From: Mizuhopecten yessoensis
Taxonomy: Eukaryota
DNA: 64,000 nucleotides
Direction: 5' to 3'
Assembly: GCF_002113885.1 (NCBI RefSeq)
Contig: NW_018407075.1
Location: 193,084-257,083, forward strand
Under the pieces are notes generated by a model, which did not search any database, was not told the origin of the DNA, and worked only from the letters and a program-made list of their open reading frames with translations. The position numbers and the translations under genes were made by a program. This document shows, in pieces, positions 42,534-54,114 of the stretch. Within the stretch, counting starts at the first letter, position 1; each line of letters opens with the position of its first letter.

Positions 42534-43820
42534 AAGACATCGTCAATAGTAGCAAAAAAAAAGATCCTGTTTTTATACATTTTTGTATCTATAATATTTC
42601 AATACAACTATTTCAACAGAAATTGAGCATCCATAGACTCGATTGCCACTTTTATTCAGGAGCTCACCAGATAGCCACAATATAATTCTGGAATGTGTAA
42701 GAAAATGAAGGCAGCTGCACTGTAAAATTGACTAAGTTAAATGTTTAAAATCAAATGGTGATGAATCATCAGTATGTTAATAAATTAAATGAAAATGAAA
42801 TTTAATTCTGTTGCTCAGCATTGTAAAAAGAATGATCTTTGAAATGATTTGGAACACAAACAAACAACATAATTGCTAACTTACTAAATTTATCATTATT
42901 TAAGTTATATAAATAATAATTACCAAGAAACAAGAACTACTGTGAAACCTAGACATCAGTGTTACAGTCATGTCCGACATTAACGAGCTTCTTTAACTCG
43001 GGTTTCAGTATATTTTGTAGATCACATTTCCAATGACAATTCATGATCAGTTTCAATTTTTTGCAGATTTCTTCATCCCAAAATAAGTTAACTAAAAAAT
43101 GAAAGAAAAAATTTGAATGCAAAACATGCAGTCTTTAGGTGGACATTTCTATAGTTTTATATTTTTGTATCTGAAATAACTCTGCCAGCGGAAGCCACCA
43201 AAATGGTTGTTGTTTAAGAAATAATTAGGTTAACGAACTCCAAGACCTCCCTGTTAAATTGACTCACTGGAACTACATCACGAAAAGACACCAATTCAAA
43301 CAGCCACATCTAAGAGGTAGCCCGACAGGTTGTAATTAGTGACAAACTAAATCAGGGCTTCACGAAACTTAATGGACAAGGACAATAGTTAGCCCATTAT
43401 GAATTCTTACAAAATTTACAATGAACTAGCTTATATTACTCTGGGGGAAAAAAGGAATTCATGTTGAACAATTCTGGAATGCTGATGATTTTAGATATAC
43501 CTTAAGTTTAAAGCTTTTATATTGATGTCAATGATAGAATCTGTTCTGTCCCAGCTGTGGATTTCTATCTCAAAGTAGATTATTTCCCTTGCATAGCTAC
43601 ATTCCAGGTAGGATCGCAGAGCACTTTTCATAAATGAAGAGGTATATCATTTTTGTTTTTAACTGATGAGGTTAATATGAGTTTGTTCAGCAGGTGGATC
43701 TGTGAACAGCAAATCCTCAACAACCCCATGTCAGGACCTTCTCCATTGGTGAAGCCGGGGGTCAGCCCCAAGGAGTTCATCATAGATCTATAGAAACAGA
43801 GCTACATGCATAGCGTAGTC

Positions 43821-46800
43821 CTAGCTAAGGATAGGTTGAGAGAGCAGTCGCAAAGGAGAGACACTTCTGCTCCGTGACATACTGCGGTCCCTGGAGGCAG
43901 ATCGGCTGCGTTGCTCAATTTTACCAACTTCCACTAGATCTTTTAACCTTCCAAGATGAACCATAGCTCTGAAAGTTGAATTAATTATTATTTTATTTAA
44001 CAAAATTATACATTTAAAGTAAAAGTCGCACTCAACATTAGCACAATATTTTTCTACACATTGATCCTCATCTACCATTTTTCTATCTCAGAACTTGCAT
44101 ATGATTGATTTAAATCTAGATTGTAAAAATGATTTTTAATTCATCTTAATGTTTGCGATGACAATGAGATAGAGTATAGATTTTTCTATAAACGGCACTA
44201 TTAAAATTTAAAATACTAGCATGTTATTCATGTGTTTCAAAATGATGTATAACCAAAAAGATGGAGTGACTCACTTCTCCAGGGACTGGCCCCCAGGTTC
44301 CCCCTGGAAATTGTAACCCTTCAGGGCAGGTAAGTCTTCATCAGGTTTCAGGGAGGAATTACTGGCATTGAGCTCCTTCCTCTGCAGCACAATTACAAGG
44401 TAATTAGTATAAATCTGATTAACATACAGCAATGACATGTCCTAGAGAGTTCAGACATGCAATGATGCTATTATGATAGTGGTTGTGGTAAGGGATGGGA
44501 ATATAATTATTCCTAGATCATTAAGCAGCAAGTACTTGTATTTCATCAGTCAATCACAAATTCAAAGATATCTTTACTTATTCAAAATCCAAAGATTATC
44601 ATTTTACACTTCCCTACTTTTAAGAGTGAATGACATTATGAGTTATTCTTCCGATACATTTATGGATCTTGTGTACTTACTGAGGCTGCAATTATTTGAG
44701 CTATTTTCTCACGATTTGTAGTTTCTTCTGAAGCTTCAGCTTGTAACTTAAACAGCATATTTTTAAGTGTCTCCAGACTCCCAAGCTGTGTCCGGCCAGT
44801 CAGGGTATCGCACTGTAAAACCAGTCATCACACTATTATTTCTCTTGTAGTTTTTATGAAAAAATGCTAAATAACTTATAGAAATAAAACTAAGAATTAA
44901 GAGGAAGAAAAGTACTGTAAAAATAGATAATTTAGCAGTTTTCTCATTCAACTCTTTTTGAGCTATATGCTAATAGAATGGATGTCACTTTGTTAAAATA
45001 TGAGTTTGCTAATATATAATATATCTATACTGACAGTATTGATTTTTTAACAAACATTTAACATTCATTTTTGAGATGTCCAACAAGTTCCAGTAACAAT
45101 GCCTTAAATTTTCAAGATTTCATAGTCTTTAAAATCTATCGATAAAAAAGAGTGTTAACACTTAAAAATTTACCTCAAAGGTGGTTTCAAACCGTCACAA
45201 CGTTAATAAAATATTTTTGCAATATATTACCTCCCCTGCAGCATCTCCAGGCCCCGATTCCTCTTCAGATATATAAACAGGAGCCTTGCTGTAAACACAT
45301 CAACAAAACAAACCATTAAAACTGGATATATACACAAGCTTTCACAATTTTTTTGATAAATCTTTTAAAGAGAAGTCTCTGAACTTTCCACGCAAAAAAA
45401 ACATCAAGCCTGTAAACTATTGAAGATTAAACTATTTTCATACGATTGATTTTAATTGTGTTAAAAACAATGAAGCAAGTACAATAAATATGTAGAGGGT
45501 GGGAGGGGTCTATACTGATAACACTGGAATCAGTGGTGTCCCTCGTTTGGTCCGTAGGTGAATGAAGTCCAAAACACACCATTTATCCCCTTTCTAACAA
45601 ACTTTTATGAACTTTAACACATAAAGTTGTGCATTTATTTTATCAATGATTTAGCTGGGAGTTAACTCCCTTTTCTGATTTCTGGTTATGAACATTGTTG
45701 TTAATACTACTCCTTCCCTCCATCCTCGATATCCAGGGCTTACGCTCACTTTTGCTCTCTACACCCCTGGAATATGTCAAAGCAAAATTGAAGGCACAAA
45801 GATAGTTGTTTGATTGGTCTCGGGTAAAAAAAGACCTGACCAATCGCTAGGCTGATATCTGTCCTTTGAAGATTACAAAGGAGAGACACCCGACTTCAAA
45901 GCCTTTCAGTTTTTACTGTTATGTGACCGCAGGGTTCTTTTGATGTATATCAAAGGATCGAACTTGTCTTCTTTTCTCGTCAACAAGGTGGTACACACTG
46001 AGCCTTCAATTTTGCTATGATATATTCCAGGGGTGCAGAGAGCGAAAGTAAGCGTAACCCCTGGATATCGAGGATGCCTTCACTCCTGAACGGATATTCC
46101 TCAAACTTGGATATACATGATCATGATCAGTACCTTATGCAGTTGGAATTCATTTCCAATTTTGATGATGTTTTGGGGATTTGTGTCCCTTTTCTGATAT
46201 CCTTTCATAAAAAATTTGTCCGAGGTACTCATATTTAAATTTCCCCCTCTGTGCTTGCAATTTATATTTCATTTTTACCTATTTAAACAGGAGCTGTATA
46301 AATTTATATCAATATTTAATTGAGGTAATTGCGCAATTGCCATTTATTTCTAAATTCAACCATAAAGTCAAGCATACCGAGATTTTACGTACATTGATGC
46401 AAGTGGTTTTTCCCATGGCCGATCACCATCTAATACCAGGTCTGTGTCGGGGGTCTGTGGCCTTGACCGAGATCGACTCTGTCTGATGGGGCTTCCCATA
46501 GGGGATTTACCTGTGAAAACAATGAAATATTTAACTACATGTAAATTAAAACCTTCAATTCATGAAGTTGTCTGTAGATCAGTAGCTTCTCTCCTATTCA
46601 TATAAAGATCAGGACCCAGCTGTTCAAAGCCCGATTACAATTACAAGTCATCAACACAAATTTTCAAAATGCAATTTTTAATAAATATCTAAAATTTACA
46701 TTTATTCTTGTAATTTGTTTTTCTTCAGGTGGTAATTTAATGTCAAAAGACCTTATTTTTCGTTCTAAAGTGGAATTTTTGAAAATGTACTAGATGAAAC

Positions 46801-49800
46801 ATTTGTGTTAAACAATCACGAAGCTTTATCAGGCTTGTCAAAACTTGCACTGATACCATATAGGTAAGTTTGTCACACAGTATGGTCCATACGCTGATGA
46901 AGTAAACTAGCCTCATATTGAAGATTGTCAACATATACTGTTTACCTGTAATATTCATTGATTTTTTTTCCCCCTTTTTGATCGGGGTTTAATATCCTTG
47001 CAACAGCCAGGGTATTAGGTTGAATGTATTGAGAAAGAAACCCGAAAGCATCAACTATCATTATAACGAAAACTTCAAAGGACTCAATTTGACATGTGTA
47101 GTATTTATATCTTAAATTTCCATAGACTTACCGCTCCGTGAGATGGGACTTGCCCCTGTAATATCACTTTTGGTAGGGGCAGACAACCCATTTAACAATG
47201 CTGTAGTATCTAAACTGGAACACCTGGGTGCATCATACTGGCTGTCTGAGTTGATGCCAGTCAGACCTGAGGAAGTGGGGGGTTTGGGGCCGCACCCTAA
47301 CCCCTCTAGGTACCGGTCAAGGGCATCACTACTGTCCAGCTTAGTATTCCCACTCTCTAATACTTCTCTAGGTAGTTTACTTGCTATTTCAAACTTCTCT
47401 CCAGGTAATTTCCTCGGAGTGAAATTATTTGAGGATAGGTCAAAGTTCACAGATTTACCCTTGGTGGGTGTCACCATCAGGTCCTTATAGGACAGACCAG
47501 GCGGGTTGGACAGTGTTGAGTTTCCAAGTCCTGAAATGTCCATATTTGGAGCTAACAGATTATTGATGTCTGTCTGGTAACTGGTAACACCTGACACTAA
47601 ACTGTTAACGTCCGACCCATCCAGGCCCTGTACCCAACTGGGTGGAGGACGACCCGCAATGAGGTCACGCTTGGACCATAAATTGTCACCAGGATTAGAA
47701 ATATCCAAGGCCTCTATCCAACTAGGAGCCTTATGTTTGGATGTGTTGGTGTCTAATCTGAAGTCTTTGCGGGAGGCACTTTGTGGATCACTGAATAGAC
47801 GATCATGCTGCCTGAAGGAGGAAGGTGACACAGAACGACTCCTCTCCCTTGGGAGACCACTCCCACTAACCGGCGGCCGGTAACTAGAGGGGGGTTTATT
47901 TGTCTTAGAGTCCTTCTTTAACTCAGGCTGGAGGTCAGACTCCGCACCAGGTCTTTCTCTACTGAGTGACCTTGACCGTGTGAGCGCAGTCCTGTACGAG
48001 TACACATGGCCACGCCGCTTGGGCTCCTCAGCCTCTGAAGCCGCAGCAAGTGCAGCTGTATATTCCTTGCTGTAGCCACCCACTGGGTTCATAGACAACA
48101 GGACATCAGTGGCCATGCTGCCCACATCACTGGCTGCACCAACCATCGGTACCTTCTCGTCGTTAGCTAGTCTGTTCAAAAGTCTTCCTGACCGGTTCAA
48201 AGCATCCTCAGCTGTGAACAGAAATATATTTATTTGTTAATTTATTTATTTTTAAATGCATAATACAGCAGCCATACCAGTTGCTAAGTGATTATCACCA
48301 TTTTGAATGGTAAAATACCAGGAAATTAATAGTAAAATTTGCACAGTTATCTCCACTTTTATGGTCCTTGCCCCTTTGCATTATTTATGAGATAAGGTAA
48401 GTGTCTGTTTGTATAAAACAAATAGAGCACTCAAGTATGGAGACTTGTCTGTCAGTATCGCTTGCCTTTCCTACAGATCCAACAGAGTTAACATAACTAA
48501 ACCACTGCCAACCTCCTCACAGCAGTGTAATAGCATACTTACACAATATACAGGTATCAATAGCTACAGATTGCACGCATGTTCAAGATAGTACTAATGA
48601 CAAATTTCTGGTAAAGGTTTCGGGTTTTCATTTATTTTATTTTCATTTTGTTTAGGCTCTAATCTCGGAAACAGAATTTTAATACAGCATTCAAAATAAA
48701 GTGAAATATCTATTGAAACAGAAGCTTGATATCAAAAGGGTAGCAGTCACGGTTTCTTTAGGTTTATACTCATACAAGTAATTTTTAGTACAGGTACAAG
48801 TGTATGTACCAGGTACAAGTAAGTCATCATTTGCCATAATGGTATATCCGTGATATTCATTTAATAATATATATCTAAATCCTTCAGAATGGTAAGCGCA
48901 CTACTTTCCATTTTGCAGGTTTCCGTTTATATACCATGAAACGATTATCAAGTCATTAAAATCTGTGCGGAGTACTTATCGACGCCTTGGTCATTGTTTT
49001 GGAACCCTGTTACAAAATGAAAAAGCTAAGGTATTTTCTGACAAATCTTAATACATGTACTATCCGTTCTATACTGCAATAACTTAATATATATTGAAAT
49101 TTGACCCTAACTTCAATTCAGTGATTTCCAAAGAAGACAATTCATGCAAGTCCTTATGGTACAATACACAAGTAGGGAGCAAAGTGATGGAAGGTGGAAA
49201 AAACCTTCAGAAATTATACTCAGTGAAATTTCTAAGAAAAAAACATAAACATGTATGACTATTCACATGATTACAAAACAATTCAACAAAAAATCAAGAG
49301 GAACCAGGAAAAACATAGGAAAGACATGATCACTTTTAATACAAACTTGCAAATTAAGGTTTTCTTACAAAGTTGACCTAGATAATGATAATTACAAAGA
49401 CAATGAAGGCGATATAGACGATAACCTTATCATACATGTAAATTGTGCATCAATATTGTTAGTTGAAATAAAATGAAGTGACATGGAATTGAATATCATC
49501 CAAACATCTAACCATGTGCGTGAAGTAATACAAACATAAATTGTGCATAGAAAAAAAGTGATGATAACAAATGAATATATATTGTAAGGAAGAATTAAAA
49601 CAAAAAGAAGTGAGAAGTACGTGTCATACAGAGATAGTATATATATATATGAACTGCAGGTTACGATATCAACCTGTACACTCTGGAACATGTACTGTGG
49701 TAACATCGATAGGCAGGGTCAGACCGAGTCCCCCAATGAGCCTATATATGCTGTATGCAAAGATCATACAACAAGAATATTAGCATTGGTATTTATTGCT

Positions 49801-52800
49801 CTAGTCTTCCAAAATCCTGGATATATGACAATGAGATTTTCATGTTTTATGACCGAATTTTCCCCAGATAAAATGTTTGATAAAACCTATAAAGTCTGTA
49901 GCCCTGAGGAGCTAAAAGTAAGGCTGTAACATTCATCACAATGAAGAATTCACAGTTCAAGTTAATGAAGCTAAATAATCTCAATCATATCTTAAATCAA
50001 TCTAAACTTCAACCCTAAAGGTAATGGCTATTGCAGCTGAGAATTAAAAGAAGATTTTTTAAATTCCACCAATTATTAATGATTTTTTCTTTTTTTCCAA
50101 GAAATTTACTAGGTAAGCTTATACTTATAGGGAATGGTGCTATGACTTGACATATTTTAAACGAAACTTGTAAACTTCTACATTGTCTTATATATACTGA
50201 ATACAAAATGTATTGTAATCCTAAGCATCAATTTAAATTTATCACGATCATGTATTGGTGCAGAGTGAGAAACTGGATGTAAACATTAATATAGATCTCT
50301 AAAGCTGAATTTGTGCTAATTTAATCAAAATAATTAAGTAATGGCCTTTAAAAAATATAACAGATTGACTTTAAACTAAAAATTCAAAGAACAGAACACT
50401 ATCTTTATCGTGTTTTGAGAAAATACGGTACAGTTTGTACAGTCTTGCTTCCTACATATATGCATGTGTATTTACTACATTTAATTTTAAATAGTGTACA
50501 ATGAAAACATGCAACCCATACAATCAACACTTAAATTACTCTTATCAACATCTTATAAAGACAACATCAAAAAGCTTGAGATTTCACATACCAGCACCAC
50601 CTTTACGGCCAGAAATCTTAACCTTTCTCCCTAACAAGCCAGAAAAAAATCACACTCATAAATAATGTAGTTACATAACCCCACAGTACATCACAAGTTT
50701 TGTCAATCTGCTTCTGTCTTGTGATAATCCTTCGCTTTATTGTTTAAGGTACCGGTAAATGAGATGGTTTATCTATTCTGTACTGGACAATGTTGATTCA
50801 CTTTTAAATTTCCAAACTATTGATATTGATTGCCAAAAAATACGAACTGAATTGATTAACCTTTTTAATATATTCAATTGAATCTAAACATATTATTCAT
50901 AACACTGTAGCCATAAATTTAATATATAGATTACTGATACTAAATGAAAATTAGACAGTGTTCATTCCACACTTTGCCAAAGAGGTTTTACAATACCTTG
51001 GTGATGACAATTTCATGATTACTTGAGATACATATTTAAACAAGTACCATTTATTTTGTTGCTTTCTTTTTATCATAGATCATAAATTTTAATGTCAAAG
51101 ATTGGAATGAACTCTCTAAGATTAGCATTTAATAAGTAGTTAAAAGTCAGATACATGATATGTAAGTTCACAAAGCATTTTATGTTAATTATTCTACTGT
51201 GAGTTATACTATACAACATTAAAAGTTTGTGTTTCTCCCTTGGTTGAATGATTGAAACTGTTCTGTCGATGATGAATTTTCAAGGTCTGCTAGTATTAGC
51301 CAGCCACATGTGTAATATGCTGTACTTGTAATTGTAGTCCACTGCATCATGAACACCATAAACTAAAGTAAATATATCTGTATACACAGCAAACCTTTCA
51401 TGTTATACAGTATAGTAAAGTTTATAATGCAGGAGCAAATTCATGACAACTAATTTTACAAGAGCCCCAAGTGTACAGCATATGGCTCCTGTGTTGCTCA
51501 CCGGAAATTTCGGTCGATTTAACTCATTTGAACAAATCCAAGCAAGATACAGACCAAATAACAACATAACATTACTTTTGACCTCATGGTTTGTTAGAAG
51601 TTACAAATTCAAGTTTTTCCCTTGCAACATTGAATATGTGTCAATTTCATTTCTTTAAACAATATCGATAGCACTCCACTCAGCAACCTAAAAGACAATA
51701 TTAAACCCACAGAAATGCACTAGGCCATATAGATCATTAGAAGAAATCACTAAAGATTTCAACCCATTTGAGTCCCATGACCTTGAACGTTGGTCGAAGT
51801 CATTCATGGTATTAATATGTTTCACTACTCCACACTTTTGAGTCTTGACCCATGACCTTAATAAGGTTTAGGAAATTCATTTGCACAAACTTGATAGCCA
51901 ATTATCCAGTGTATGCGCCAATCATCATAACCATAGGCTTTATAGTTCTATCAAAGAAGCTGTTAAAAAGTTTGTGTCAGATAGACAGACGACAGTTGGC
52001 ACACCACAGAATAATTATAAGCCCATAGGGACTTTGATTTATTCCTGGTGAACCAATAAATGCTTTGTGAACTTGTTGAAATAAGTGACAGTAGATAAAA
52101 TATTAGATGTTGATCCCAAAAACCCTACTACTTCTACTGTGAACCAACTTAGCTGAATCTCATACATGTACATTTACATTAATGTAGGTATGTACAACGA
52201 AGTATTCAGAATGACATTATACAATGTATCTCCTAACCCTGCAGCACCTTTGTATCTTGAAGTCGTACTTTGGTCCAGTGACAGTTTATTGCTATGTATT
52301 TTTAGACAGATATCATCTATTTACAAGATTTTAAATGGTTCCAATGGCTACTGCATATTGAGATTTGATTTTCCAAACTTTTTTTTCCATCATAAAATGA
52401 CAAGCAGTAAGTTGGTCGACAGTACACACTATGACATAATAACTGAGTCACAATACACATCTTACCCCTTGAACGCCGCCCAGTCGATCCTAGACATGCA
52501 GTTGGTAAATAGGAGTTGTTTGTCAATGATTCAATGGGAGAATATAGTACCAGGTACACAGCTACTGATCTACTACTAGTTTTGACAATCCAGACTAATA
52601 TTTCTACCACCAACACCATATTACTAATTAAACATAACATTTGATTTGTCTAAAATAAATTGTAAATTGAAAAAAGAAATCTTCTATATGAAATATAAAC
52701 TAACTCGATTGCATTACATGTATATATGAATTTAATCTAAATATGCTATTAAAGTGAAATGTAACAAAATCAGATAATATCACCTTCACACAACCATGGG

Positions 52801-53344
52801 ATTCTAAATAACTTTAGATAAAATTTTGTATTACAAGTACAGAGTGTTAAATACTCTACTGTCTTTCACTAAACACTAAATCTACTTGTACATATTTAAT
52901 AGGAGTTTTAAGCACTTTTAATCCCTACGGACAAAATTTGCACAATGCTTGACCTGTCTGATCCCTGATGTCTTTGTACGTACCTTCTGCCCTCAAGGCA
53001 CTGGACTTGTTCATCCGGTCGTAGGAGTTGTTGATGGAATCCCTGGATTGGGCCAGTTTCAGCTCCGTGGGTGTAGCACGCACCCCCGTCTTTAAGGACC
53101 GTTCTGCTGTCTGGTGTAACACAGACTTGGGATCCAGTAGGTCTGTCACATTCATATCATACTTATCTCCCTTGGGCTTTAGGCCCGCATATTGGTCCAT
53201 GTATGCCTGAAGGGCCTCCGAAGCAGAAATAAATTCCCGTTCTCCAACCTGGATCCTGGATCCATGGCAACGTATTCGGCATTTAGACTGAAAGCTATTG
53301 GTGAAAAGCCCATCTGGGGTCCCGTTGTAGTGACTGAAATCCAT
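43821..53344 (-). CDS. C18orf54: Lung adenoma susceptibility protein 2 (LAS2/C18orf54)-like protein, 7 coding exons, ~667 aa
   Basis: Exons (minus): 52984-53344, 47132-48211, 46393-46510, 45231-45288, 44681-44812, 44275-44381, 43821-43968. GT-AG introns, junction phases 1,1,2,0,0,2 consistent, 2004 nt. Motifs SASEALQAYMD, DVGSMATDVLL, LDGDRPWE..IKAPV, GSLETLKNMLFKLQ and SLEKAMVHLGRLKDLV follow the order of the recalled vertebrate LAS2 motifs (SASQALQAYID, SLTTDDLL, ERSWE..FKSPV, GPVEALKQMLFNLQ, SLQKALHHLSRLRDLV). Confidence 0.82.
45721..46076. mobile_element. MITE with ~73-bp TIRs and 9-bp TSD (Mutator-like)
   Basis: CATCCTCGATATCCAGG...CCTGGATATCGAGGATG, flanked by CCTTCCCTC / CCTTCACTC. 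Confidence 0.85.
51457..52060. mobile_element. Degenerate HINE-like element
   Basis: ACAAGAGCCCC start, TGACCTT motifs, and GATAGACAGACGACAG followed by a terminal palindrome-like end. Confidence 0.4.
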
Positions 53345-54043
53345 GGCGTACCCAGAAGGCAGTATCCTAACTAGCACTTGTTAAAGATGTATTCCAATTA
53401 GTGACCTACATTGTTGAACTCTGACTGCATGTGACAACTTTCCCTTTGCATCCAATCTTGTCCCAATCATTCTGTGAACAGACAAAATTCTTATTTTACT
53501 GTCAAGCTATAACCAAGGCATTTCAAGTGGATTAAGTATCTCCATACCAATTGTCAGTCTATCAAACAATTTCATTTTGTTTTGCATTAATGCATACAAA
53601 TTGTGAATGTGCAATGTACATGATTTAACATTGGCTGATGATCCAAGTTTTAAGTTTTCTTTGCATGAAAACAGAAACAAACTCAAGATCCTTTTTACCC
53701 AGAATGTACGTGATTTTTTGCAGAAAAAAGGGAGAATTAACGGCATGATCATCACCCTTTCATCTTCTATGAGACATTACAATTTCTTACATAGCTGGCC
53801 ATGTGGGATAGAATTGTCCCATGATGGAAAGCCAATATGTTAGAAACATTCATCTTACATACATCTGTAGGCATGACTTTACAATGACAATGAGATGAAG
53901 TCATGTCGCACAAAGGTATACGTCATTTTAATTTAAACTTACTTTCCAGTTCCAGTATTTTTATCTACAACTTCTGCTGTGTTACTTATACAGTAATTTG
54001 AAATTATAAAATAAGCACATCTTTTAATAAAGAAATGACTTAC

Positions 54044-54114
54044 CTAAGATTTCAGTACTCATCCTTCCAAACCCGGACTTATCAGTGCACTGAGCTTCGG
54101 TCACATGCAACGAC
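54044..54114 (-). other. Probable non-coding 5'UTR exon of the LAS2-like gene
   Basis: Acceptor tttttcgcttttgtag and donor TAG|gtaagt. The next acceptor (ttttgtctgttcacag) opens the first coding exon at 53471. Confidence 0.6.

Noticed and set aside
43730-43790. C/D-box snoRNA or extra terminal exon downstream of the LAS2-like stop
   Set aside because: AUGAUGA...CUGA spacing is short, there is no terminal stem and it is not intronic. The alternative exon would need a weak donor.
47143-47883. Plus-strand ORFs of 115 and 74 aa (also 53028-53374)
   Set aside because: Antisense shadows of the LAS2-like coding exons.
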